Positions 1 through 11,060 of a stretch of 64,000 bases of DNA are shown here, piece by piece; position 1 is the stretch's first letter; each line of letters opens with the position of its first letter. The position numbers and the translations under genes were made by a program. This stretch comes from Azolla caroliniana (Eukaryota > Plantae > Polypodiophyta): contig JBHGNT010000016.1 in the NCBI GenBank assembly GCA_043228905.1, forward strand, positions 3,286,001-3,350,000. Direction: 5' to 3'. The notes below the pieces were generated by a model. It searched no databases and was not told the DNA's origin. It was given only the letters and a program-made list of their open reading frames with translations.

Positions 1-480
1 TGAAACTCGAATGTGCTTACACTACTACAAGGCGAGAGTCTATGGTAAAGTAACTTGATTCTAAGATGAAAGAAAATATCAAGCAACCTTTGTTGTAATG
101 AACCCAAATCTTATTTTACTCACTAGAAAATGTAAACATCCTTTGCTAATGAAAGACAATATCGTTTGGGAGGCATTCTTGAAGGCTATTTGATCTAGAA
201 GTGAACGCACATAGGACCCTTCTCTAGTACCCTATTTTACAAGGAAGTATATGACAAAGAGAGTGAACCTTTCTGGCTTTGGTTATTTAACATGGAACTT
301 CGCTTCTCAAAAAACCATGCTACCACAAATATAAAGTTAAACATGTATCTAAGTTCCATAGATAATGTGTTGGCATTACAAAAAAGTTCAAAGTATAGGC
401 CTAGTATGCACTAATTGGGGCTTATCTTGGATGTGATATTGTTAGAACACCACACACCTTAACATATAGAGAAAGAGTCA

Positions 481-1792
481 TGGGCCATGACAACAATCAT
501 GTTGAGATTTGAACTCTTGACCACTTGTGTTATAGTCAAGTGTTATGTTCTAACCAATACATCCAAATACATATTATATCTTAGTAGATTATTAATAGAT
601 TATCTATTTTAAATTCTAGGAGTTTTTAGAAAGTTCTAGAACGAGAAGGTTCTAGAGGAATCAAGAATATTCTCTTGAATATTCTAATGCATGTACTTCG
701 ACTCACATTATAAAACTTGTAACCTTTGTGGTCCCTTTTAAGGGATTCAATACCAGTCATTGACACATCAATACAATATTCTCGTTTTGCCTCATCTTGT
801 CTCCTTGATCTTCATCTTTGTCTTTGCGCTCTCCATAGCTTGTCTTGTCATCTTGCACTAGCCTGGTCACTTCCTATTCCACATTCTTAGCCTTATCAAT
901 CATAGCCGCGTCATCTATGCTACGTCATAGTCCGCGGTTGGTGTGTCCGTGACAGTTTGAATCCCTTGCAACTGGAAGCATCACCCGTCTTTGTCATTGC
1001 CCTTGCTTTTAGAGTTACCATTAGAGATACCGTCATCAACATTCCTTCGTTTTCTATCCTTCTCGCCATAGCTATCTCTTAGTTTCTTTTCATCGTTGTC
1101 ATTGTCTTTTAGTTTCTCCTCATCATCGTCTCGGTTTTTTGGTTTCTTCTCATCCTCCACATATCTATATCCGTGTTTCTTATCACTATCTCTTTGCGTT
1201 TCTTCTCATCCTCCACATCCCTATCTCTGTTGTCATTGTCATCCTTCTCCCTTTGTTTAAAAACCATTTTCATTTCTATGTGTTTCTTATCATCTTCATC
1301 CCTATCACTATGTTTTCTATCATCCTCTATATCCATGCCTTCGTGTTTTTTTTTATCCTCTATTTCTCTGCTTCCATCATAACTATGTTTTCTATCATCC
1401 TCTATATCCATGTCTTCGTGTGTTTTTTATCCTCTATTTCCATCATTGCCATACTCATAGTAATGCCACGACACAATAACGTCAAATACGTAGTTAGCGA
1501 GGATTGAACCTGCAACCTCACATCTACAAGACGTCATGCTCAACCATCTAGATATGAGTATGTATTTGTATATGATAAAGTATTGTCATTATTCTAGTAT
1601 ATATACATTCCAAAATATTTGATTGTCATCTTCATCTTCACGCTCTCCATAGCTTTCTAACTTTATAGTCTCATCTTGCACAACTTCTAGAGTTCCTAGC
1701 CTTGTCACTTCCTATTCCACATTCTTAGCCTTATCAATCATAGCCTCGTCATCTATGCTCCATCATAGTCCGCGGTTGGTGTGTCCGTGACA
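481..1792 (+). mobile_element. Small non-autonomous LTR-like element (two LTR-like units, 481-954 and 1464-1792) with 4-bp TSD
   Basis: TG...CA ends flanked by GTCA (477-480 and 1793-1796). Both units end in a ~105-bp near-identical block (...GGTGTGTCCGTGACA) and start with TG(GG)CCATGACA / TGCCACGACA. TATA-like TATAAAA near 709. No clear PBS/PPT. Confidence 0.6.
1085..1450. repeat. Degenerate CT-rich minisatellite inside the LTR-like element
   Basis: Recurrent TGTTTTCTATCATCCTCTATATCCATG (1311, 1386) and variants; produces the low-complexity ORFs at 1109-1507. Confidence 0.6.
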
Positions 1793-2064
1793 GTCACCTG
1801 AAGATACTTGAGAGTAATGACATGTTGCAAGAATCTATAGTTTATTGAACTATTGTGTTTGACATCCAAAAGTCATCAAACCATTCATAGTTGCCTATAT
1901 ACAAATGGTTCACACCACGAATATACAAAGACTATTCACATAGAGAAGTGGCATGGCGCACCATTGTGAATGATTGAAAGTTGTATACTTGTATGCTCAC
2001 ACACGCATATATTTGGATTTTGCATCGAAAACTAAAGCATTATTACTGGTTCATCGTAAGTACG

Positions 2065-2174
2065 AAGTAAAGCCGAACCGTTTTATTACTAATCCAATCC
2101 AACCCAAACCATTAAATCTTCTCTCGAACCGTTAAACCGTGGTCCGTTTCGAGCCGAAACCCAGCCCATAGGTA
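2065..2174. mobile_element. Partial hAT-type MITE end (AACCG/AAACC-rich family)
   Basis: Ends GAGCCGAAACCCAGCCCATAGGTA, matching the terminus of the complete copies at 19888, 23720 and 33230. Confidence 0.6.
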
Positions 2175-2237
2175 GTCTCAGACATGGAAGATGCAGACAT
2201 ATGTATATAGAGAGAGAGTCGGAAGGTCTCAGAACCG

Positions 2238-3282
2238 TCAATCAATGAGACCTCCAAAAGGCTTCAATGTATCTCGTGTCACATTCCTCTGTTTCATAAT
2301 GCAGATCGTTACCATGCAAGCTATGAGAAGGAGTGGTATGGATAAGCCCACAGAGAGGCCTATGATTAGGCTTTTGTTGGTTTTCTTGGGTGGGAAGCCA
2401 GTAGAGTTGAATTTCCATTCTAAGACAGAGTGGGTCTCTTTGATGGTCCCTGTGGATGAAGAGAAGCCCAAATATACGTTCTCCGGAAGAATCCGGTCGA
2501 GTTCTAAGTGATATTGAGAAATGACAGGAACCTCAGGTTTTGGGACAGTGCTGTCCGAGACCTGGTTAGCAAGGAAAATGGTGAAGGCCTTGGCATGGCC
2601 ATCATAATCGATCCAAACGCAAGTGTTGGTTCCCATATTGAAGAGATTCTGATTCAAAGTGATGTTATATGCATCGAGGTCTTGGGTGACCACGGACTTG
2701 ACAGTGTCGACATCAATGCCGACATGGTTTGCATTGTGGGGGTCGATGCCGGGGTCATAAAAGCTGTCAAATTCAATAGCCACAAAGTGAGAATCATTGG
2801 TGGGCGAGGGGCTTGAAGGATTCGATGAGGCCGAGCCCTGCCCCATAGCTATTGGGCACATCCTGTGCAGGATGGGAGCTCAATACGAAGGCCATTCCGC
2901 CTCCGGTGATGTTCTTTCCGGAATCCTGGGTTAGCCCCATGTTGATCAAGAAGGTGGTGTTGAAGGAAGCCGTGTAGTTGTATTTTTTGTCCCAGAGATG
3001 AAGGGGAGTTTGATATGTGATTTGGCCCGATGTATTGATGATGGCAAGATCACGAGACCCGGTGTCGTATGTCACCTGCAATGCGTCCAGTTGTACGGCG
3101 GAGTTCTGGCTGAAGTTGAAGTAATAGATATTCGTATTATTGAAGGCAGTGAAATGGAATTGGACGTTGCTTCCATATGCTGAAGAAAAAGTTGCATTGA
3201 GATCAGAGATTATCCACAAAGCCACAAAGATGAGGAAGATGAAGGAAGAAGAAGAAGAAGAAGAAGAAGAAGCCATAGCCAT
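2238..3282 (-). pseudogene. L-type lectin receptor kinase paralog A: frameshifted, kinase domain absent
   Basis: Signal peptide, legume lectin domain (VAIEFDS, NHVGID, YLGFSSSTG) and TM helix closely match the intact copies. One extra base near 2821 (ATCGAATCC vs ATCGATCC) splits it into ORFs 2794-3384 and 2238-2861. Stop just after the juxtamembrane region; no kinase sequence follows. Confidence 0.85.
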
Positions 3283-6093
3283 AAGGAACCTGGGAGATAT
3301 GGTGAATGCAAGAAATCTGGTTTTTGGAAGCAAAGATGAAGAAGAGTTTAAAAACTCAAAAATGACATAGCTGTTAACTCCCATGGGCCTACAGGCAGAA
3401 CATCTTCCTTGGAATAGGAGATTGTTTCAAAATGGCACGGAAAAAAGGAACAATAGTGAATTGGCATTCACACTATGTCTGCGGTTGCATGCTTGGGTCC
3501 ATATAGACTCGCATTCAAGAGTGTTCTTTGTTTTCTTTCATAGCATACTTGGCATCCTGCTCGGGTCGAAACCCTTGCGATGAACGTTCACCATATGTTG
3601 GACATGCTTAGCCTTCAGCAAGCGAGACTGCTCGAATCCGACACTACCTCCAAACTTTGTCAAGAGTTCAAAGAACAACTCAAAATCTATGTGTCATTTA
3701 CTGCTGATATTTAAAGAATGGAAGGTCCCATCAGATGTTTAGCCCATGGGCTGGAGATGGTGAAACTCAACTGTGGATCTAGTTGTATTCTGGGAGTTAA
3801 TTGTGAGTTTTCTTTTTGTTGTTGCTCCTCAGTCTGTGAAATATGTATATATTTTTTGCACCTTGTGGACCAGATGAAGCGCCTATAGACAGTTTTGTGT
3901 AATCAAACACTTTTAAATGATAATTCGCCTTGGTTCCTTCACATTCCATGGCGTACTGTTCCTCTCATTTGACGTAAGCTCTGTTGCTTGTGCATTTTCG
4001 ACAATATAGGAAATGAAAAGAAGCCATGATCAAATATTTCTCATTCTTGTTAAAACCCCATGAAGTTTTGCTCTTTAGCGAAGAAAATTGAACGGAAGGA
4101 ATTACGAAGATCTGGAAGGTACAATGCACATTATTAGACCTCTACTATGAAAAATAAAAACTCAAACATTCATACTTGGATTACGGATTTCTTGACATTT
4201 TGAGAACTGGTAATGTTTCTGCTTAAGTTTTGAAATGCAGGGGAAGAAAATGTCAGAATATATACTTTCCATTGTACAATTAGGTAACACTTCTAGATGA
4301 GGCATAGGGCTATTAAAACCAGGATCCTGGTTTTGGATCCTGGTTTTATTAATAATCAGATGCAAAATAAAACCAGGATCATCATCATCAACATTAAATT
4401 AGTTGCCATCACAAATGCAATTGCGTATATTGCATCTGCATTCTGGTTTTTCTCAAAGCTTGCAATCCCATTTCTCACACCGGCTCAATGTGAAGAATAC
4501 AAATTTGGAAACATCATTAACTAGGCAAAATGTCCGTATCAAGACAACTTTTAGGGTTGCATCAATCTTTCTAAATTCATCTCCTCATAGTAAACTAGAC
4601 AAATTGGCAAGGTTGCCAATTTTGCAAAAAAGAGCCTATCATGCCATTGTCTTTGATCTAAATCAATGATTTCCCTCGCCATTGATTACAGAATTGGGAC
4701 TTCAATTATATTTGACACTTCAAAATCACACTCATTGGATATTTAGCGCAAGGGTGCATGCACACGAGCACATAGAAAGACTGTTCGTCACTGAGAAACA
4801 TTGAATTTATTGACGGACAAGAAAGGGACACCATTAGATAGTAATATGGCCATGGCCTTCTCACTAAAGCATCAGCATCATTTGATTCTTCGATTTTGTG
4901 CAATATCCGATAATATACAGATAATAATAATCTGATCCAGTATCTCAAAGAAAGAAAACAAAACAAAACAAAACAAAAAAAGATAACACATTACATGGCG
5001 GATTGATCTCTTTTTAAGTCTGGATTACCCCACATCCGTAAAACCTTACTTTTGCTTCTCGTTCAGCAAAAGATTCCAAATCAACGTTATTAGGTCTCTT
5101 AATTTAGCATATATGGTGAAGAACAGTTTCAACATCCTGTATTCGTGTTGGTATCATAATCATCATGTAGCCATTAAACCTTCTCATAGATATTGCATTC
5201 TGAAAGAGTAAATGGCATATGAATAAGATCCGAATCTCTCCCATGACACGTTAGGAAGCAACAAACTTTATTGATCAAGAAATCTATGCCTTAGATCTAA
5301 AAAAAAAAAAACTATTGAGACTCCTAAAGGTAGATTTCGTCAACCATCGATACTAAGTAAAAGCACCCAATTCTTCTTTACTTTGGCTAAAATCACTACA
5401 AAAAGTATCTATAACCATGTTATTAAGAATTAAAAGAAATGGATGGACGGCAAATTCAAGGCTCCTTAAGGTCTTTACGATATTACGGTATGTAGCACAA
5501 CTTTTTTGACTCTCCAATTTATATTCATTTTAAATTTTTATAGAAAACAAATTAGCTCATCGGTGACATTTTATTAGTAAACATGCTTTGATGAGCATTG
5601 CATCATATTTGTTGATTATCTTTGATCAATTCGGATGGAAGATTTTCCTATTCCATCGAAGTCAATTACAAATTGTCAAATACATAAATGGACACATACA
5701 TAACCAACTCTACGTAACTTTCTGTTTCATTAGGATTTAACGTGATAATGTATGGTCAAACAAACATTAAACAATTTGCACGAAATGCAATATATATATA
5801 TATATGAAACTAATCTGGCCTTAGAGAGATAAAATATGAAGTATGAATCCAATTCGCCCCTGCACAGATGTCGCCACTAGAAAATGAGAGGAAAATTGAA
5901 ATTTCCTATCTTCCAAATTCACAACTGATGTTCCATGAAAGTTCCCATTAGAGAAATTTGATATGTTTTAAAATCTCTTTTGCCAATAAGTTTTAGACTC
6001 ACATTATTAAAGTGTAGTGGAAAATTAGTTCGCGTCTTTCGATTTGGATATAATTAAGAGAGATAAACGGTAACCGATGTGATGAATCTTCAA

Positions 6094-6504
6094 TGATCGC
6101 TACAAGTAATTTCTTCTAATGTCTTAATAGCCTTCAATCATAATGTTGTTTGTGTAACTTGAGCAAACTTTATCGTACGACTTGATGCCAAAATTTAGGA
6201 ACTTTTCTAATCTCCTTGAGCGTGTTCATTTGATCGCTACAAGTAATTTCTTCTAATGTCTTAATAGCCTTCAATCATAATGTTGTTTGTGTAACTTGAG
6301 CAAACTTTATCGTACGACTTGATGCCAAAATTTAGGAACTTTTCTAATCTCCTTGAGCGTGTTCATTTGATCGCTACAAGTAATTTCTTCTAATGTCTTA
6401 ATAGCCTTCAATCATAATGTTGTTTGTGTAACTTGAGCAAACTTTATCGTAGGACTTGATGCCAAAATTTAGGAACTTTTCTAATCTCCTTGAGCGTGTT
6501 CATT
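6094..6504. repeat. Tandem triplication of a 137-bp unit
   Basis: TGATCGCTACAAG... starts at 6094, 6231 and 6368; only one substitution seen, in the third copy. Confidence 0.95.
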
Positions 6505-7210
6505 GTGGATGCATCCCAAGCCCCATGAGATGCCAAGGGTATTGTTGTCACTTGATGCTTCCTAATGATTGCTCGTATTTATTTGTGGAGAGGGTGTCTC
6601 ATATCTCGTCCAAGTGTATGCGGAGGAGGCTAAGGTGATATCTTTTACTGTGGCAAGTTCACTTTATTTGGGTGTGAGTTATGGGAAATGTTTCAATGAG
6701 GTATGTGAATGTGGTAAGTTATGATTTATGGCCCATAGGCCAATCTTCTCAAGCGTGTGGGGTTAGCCAATGGGGGAAAATAAGTATTGTTCACAAGATA
6801 CAGAAGCTAAAGTAATGACATGAAGAAACACGTAAACTTTCATTGGTCCTATTCGAATTAAATCTTGTGCGATGTTTAACATGTATACACCATACCAACA
6901 AAAATACGACATCCTCCGATAATTGTTTCCGCCCGAGTAAGGTCTCATCCCCTTGTGCACTCAAACAAGATGCACATGCAAATGTCCTTTTCTTTATATA
7001 AAGCTGTTATTTATCTAGAGGGGCGCGCATTTCTCAACATTTTTGTATTATTAGGTTTCTTATTTTCAATTTTCTTTTGGCCTATTTCTTCCATGGGGCG
7101 CATTTGTATTGTCATGAATCATGATGGACTGACCATACTTGAGGATTATGTTTATGGGTCACTTGACTGAGTCTTCTTGTGTGGGGTAATTGGTTTGTGA
7201 GCACATGCAT

Positions 7211-7386
7211 GCTAGGCTGGAAAAAGGTTGATAAAGTGTATGCTCTAGAGTCTAAATATCAAGGTTGTGTTTAGCATTCTTAATCATGTGCTTAATCCGG
7301 CTAGGCTGGGAAAAGGTTGATAAAATGTACGCTCTAGAGTCTAAATATCAAGGTTGTGTTTGGCATTCTTAATCATGTGCTTAATC
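7211..7386. repeat. Tandem duplication of an ~89-bp unit
   Basis: GCTAGGCTGG...GTGCTTAATC at 7211 and 7300. Confidence 0.9.
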
Positions 7387-8680
7387 TAGAATTTTAAGTG
7401 ATTACAAAACTCTAGCTTTGAAAAAGTATACAGATGAAGCATGCAAAATTTATTATGTTATTACAACTGTCGAATACAATTCCTTTGGAAGCTGTTGTGT
7501 ATGAATTGGTCAAAATTCACCTTATCCCTTGCCATCCACATTGGAGGTGAGTTTATAATTATGGGATGCTCGTGTTCTTTATGAACATTACCTACCTAAT
7601 GTTGATGAACATAACATAGCCTAGCTCTCACAACAATGTTTTCCCTATGTCACACAAACAATGTAAATAACAATGGTGGGTCACCATGCACAAAATGTGG
7701 GTCAAATTAGAATGAATCATCATTGTGGATGAGTCGGTGTAGCCTATCCATTTGGTATTCTAATTTATCTAAGTTCAATGGTCAACAAATTTCTCTTTAA
7801 TTTATTTTTGTTTGGACAATTGGTGCTTCTTGACATTTAGGACAGTAAATCCCAAAAGACTTAGGAATTTTAATAGGAAGAAATCAAGCTTAATTTTTTT
7901 TTACTTGTCTCTCTTTTCAAACACTGGACTTTAGATTGTTGCTAAGAAACTAATGATTGCATGGAGAAATCTTCCATCTAGAAACATTTCTAGTTGCTTG
8001 GGTACAAATTGGCCGATGCACTGTATGTCCCCATTTAGAAAAGCTACCAAGGAATCAATTTGAGCTTAGCATAACAGGGAACCTTGGCCGGTCCACAAGG
8101 TGCAAACTTGGGGAGGAATATATATATATGTATATGTACACTTGACAGACTGAGGGGCAATAAATAAAAACCACAAATTAACTTCCCGGATACAATGAGA
8201 GCTACAGTCGAATTTCACCATCTCCCTTTCATCTTTCGTTCTTTAAATGGATCAGCAGTGTAAGACATGTAGATTTTGACTTGATCTTTAAACTACTGGG
8301 TGCTTGACTTGGTTAGGAGGTAGACCCCGATGTGACAACTCTTGCTTGCAAAAAGCTAAGCATGTCCAAATAACGGAGAAGGTTCATCGCAAAGGTTTCA
8401 AACCCGAGCGAGATGCCAAGGGAACCATGAAAGAAAACAAAGAACACTCTCGAATGCGTGTCTATATGGACCCAAGCATGCAAACGCGGACATAGTGTGA
8501 ATGGCACTTCACTACTATTCCATTTTGCCATTTTCAAACTATCTACTATGCCAACCAAGATATTCTGCCTGTAGGCCCATGGGAGTTGACAACTATGTCA
8601 TTTTGAGATCTTCAACTCTTCTTCATCTTTCGCTGCCAAAAACCAGATTTCTTGCATTCACCATATCTCCTAGGCTCCTT

Positions 8681-10852
8681 ATGGCTATGGCTTCTTCTTC
8701 TTCTTCTTCTTCCTTCATCTTCATCATCTTCGTGGTTTCGTGGACAATCTCTGGTCTCAATACAACTTCTTCTTCTTCAGCACATGGAAGCAATGTCCAA
8801 TTCAATTTCACTGGCTTCAATAGTGAATTTTCTAACATCTTCAAATTTAGCAATCAGTCCACTGTACAACTGAACGCGTTGCAGGTGACGTATGACACCG
8901 GGTCTCGTGCCAATGCCAGCATCAATGCATCTGGCCAAATCACATATCAAAATCCCCTCCGTCTCTGGGACCAAAAACACAACTACACAGCATCCTTCAA
9001 CACCTCCTTCTTGATCAATATGGGGCCAACCCTAGATGGCGGAACGAACATCACCGGTGGCGGGATGGCCTTCATATTGAGCTCGAGTCGTGCACAGGAT
9101 GTGCCCAATAGCTATGGGGCAGGGCTCGGCCTTGTCAATAAATCCAGCCTCTCACCCACCAGTGGTTCTAACTTTGTGGCTATCGAATTCGACACCTTTT
9201 ATGACCCCGGTATCGACCCCCACACTGCCAACCATGTCGGCATCGATGTCAACACTGTCATGTCTGTGGTCACCCGAGACCTCGATGCATATAACATCAC
9301 TTTGAATCAGAATCTCAAAGACAAGGGAACTAACTCATGCGTTTGGATCGATTATGATGGCCATGCCAAGGCCTTTGACATTTTCCTCGCTAACCAGGTC
9401 TCGGACTGCAATGTCCCAAAACCTGAGGTGCCTGTCATTTCTCAGCATTGGTTAGAGCTCAACAGGGTCCTTCCGGAGAATGTCTACTTGGGCTTCTCTG
9501 CATCCACAGGCACCATCAAAGAGACCCACTGTGTCCTACAATGGTACTTCAACTCCACTGGCTTCCCCAAGGAAAACAACAAACCCCTAATCATAGGCCT
9601 CTCTGTGGGCTTATCCATAGCTCTCCTTCTCATAGCTTCCATGGTTATCCTCTGCATTATCAAAAAGAGGAAAGTGAAACCAGATCTACTCGAGGATTTG
9701 CGAGGTCTAAACTATGGTCCCAGGAGATTCTCTTACAAGGAGCTGAAGAAGGCCACCGGAGGGTTCAGTGAAGAGAACAAGCTTGGGGAAGGAGGGTTTG
9801 GCTCGGTGTACAGGGGGAAACTAGCCTCCATCAACACAGAGATCGCAGTGAAGCGCATGTCATCGAAATCCACACAAGGGAAGAGAGAGTTCATAGCAGA
9901 GATACGAAGCATCGGGAGGATGAGACACAAGAACCTGGTCCAGCTCCTTGGGTGGAGCTATGACAACTGGAACAGAAAGCTCCTCTTGGTCTACGAGTAC
10001 ATGCCCAATGGAAGCTTAGACAGATGGCTGTCTACAGGAGGCAGAAATTCTCGGCATAGCTCCTCAAATCCACAATTTTTCGGTTGGAAGAGACGATACA
10101 ACGTGTTGCGAGGGGTAGCAGCAGGCCTTCATTACCTGCATGAAGAATGGGAGATGGTGGTCATACACAGAGATCTGAAGCCAAGCAACGTGATGCTGGA
10201 TGAGGATTTCAATGCGAGGTTAGGCGATTTCGGGCTAGCCAAACTCATCAGAAACCAGAACCGTAGGGCTGAGGGAGATGGACAGAGTATTCTGACGACT
10301 TCGATTGCTGGGACGTTAGGTTATATGGCACCAGAGTGCTTGGAGGCAGGAGTCATAACAAAGGAGTCGGATGTGTACAGCTTTGGAGCCGTGGCGATGG
10401 AGGTTGTAACAGGAAAGAAACTGTCCGCACAGAACCTGCATCGGCTATGGAAGATTAAGGCAGAAGGCGGTAATCTTCTGAACAGGGAGTTTGCAGAGGA
10501 GAACGATATCATCGGTTATAGCTCCCATGGAAGCTTAGAAGAGAGGGAGCAGATGGAGATGGTGCTAGAGATGAGCTTAGCTTGCTGCCATCCTGATCCT
10601 TCCTGTAGACCTACGGCGCGTCAGATCGTCCATGCCCTTTCGTCTTCTAATGGTGATGATGGTGATGGAGACCCTAACCTCGCCACCGCAGTAACCTCGG
10701 AACAAATTCATCGCTACATGAACTATCTGTCTGAATCTACCCAATCTAACAGCACCCCGGATCCTTCTGCTGCTTATTCTTATTCTTCTGCTTATTCTTT
10801 TGCAGCTGCCATGGATTCTTCCATATCTCTACCATCGCTGGCAGCGAGGTGA
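8681..10852 (+). CDS. L-type lectin-domain receptor-like Ser/Thr kinase, copy B (intronless)
   Basis: Within ORF 8501-10852; start placed at MAMASS by comparison with paralogs. Signal peptide, lectin domain (VAIEFDT, NHVGID, YLGFSASTG), TM helix, and kinase motifs GEGGFG, IAVK, HRDLKPSN, DFGLA, GTLGYMAPE. Confidence 0.95.
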   Translation: MAMASSSSSSSFIFIIFVVSWTISGLNTTSSSSAHGSNVQFNFTGFNSEFSNIFKFSNQSTVQLNALQVTYDTGSRANASINASGQITYQNPLRLWDQKHNYTASFNTSFLINMGPTLDGGTNITGGGMAFILSSSRAQDVPNSYGAGLGLVNKSSLSPTSGSNFVAIEFDTFYDPGIDPHTANHVGIDVNTVMSVVTRDLDAYNITLNQNLKDKGTNSCVWIDYDGHAKAFDIFLANQVSDCNVPKPEVPVISQHWLELNRVLPENVYLGFSASTGTIKETHCVLQWYFNSTGFPKENNKPLIIGLSVGLSIALLLIASMVILCIIKKRKVKPDLLEDLRGLNYGPRRFSYKELKKATGGFSEENKLGEGGFGSVYRGKLASINTEIAVKRMSSKSTQGKREFIAEIRSIGRMRHKNLVQLLGWSYDNWNRKLLLVYEYMPNGSLDRWLSTGGRNSRHSSSNPQFFGWKRRYNVLRGVAAGLHYLHEEWEMVVIHRDLKPSNVMLDEDFNARLGDFGLAKLIRNQNRRAEGDGQSILTTSIAGTLGYMAPECLEAGVITKESDVYSFGAVAMEVVTGKKLSAQNLHRLWKIKAEGGNLLNREFAEENDIIGYSSHGSLEEREQMEMVLEMSLACCHPDPSCRPTARQIVHALSSSNGDDGDGDPNLATAVTSEQIHRYMNYLSESTQSNSTPDPSAAYSYSSAYSFAAAMDSSISLPSLAAR

Positions 10853-10924
10853 GAGAGGTCATCCACATTCTTTACCAAGGATAATAATGCAGGGGAGAGG
10901 AGGGGTATTCCCAAATATTTGGAA

Positions 10925-11060
10925 AAGTACACGTATATGTAACATATATACGTATACACATACACACATACATACATATATGATATATGTATGTATGTAT
11001 GTATGTAGATATGTATATGTATATCATATATGTATATGTATATGCATATGTAAATATGTA
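10925..11060. repeat. (AT)/(ACAT)/(ATGT) compound microsatellite downstream of copy B
   Basis: Directly visible; a homologous tract with (GGAT)n follows copy D at ~27195-27415. Confidence 0.85.

Noticed and set aside
1109-1507. Overlapping 100-122 aa ORFs (charged DIEDDRKH repeats / hydrophobic frame)
   Set aside because: By-products of a CT-rich minisatellite inside a TE-like element; no recognisable domain.
4310-4380. Nested palindromes of AAAACCAGGATCCTGGTTTT
   Set aside because: May be a DNA-transposon subterminal motif, but no partner end, TSD or transposase could be identified.
6094-6504. Possible CRISPR-like array
   Set aside because: Contiguous tandem copies without unique spacers, in a eukaryotic context.
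8501-8680. N-terminal extension of copy B in the ORF track
   Set aside because: Starts at a non-ATG codon and precedes the signal peptide; D and E start at MASSS. An upstream ATG at 8579, shared with copy A, cannot be excluded.
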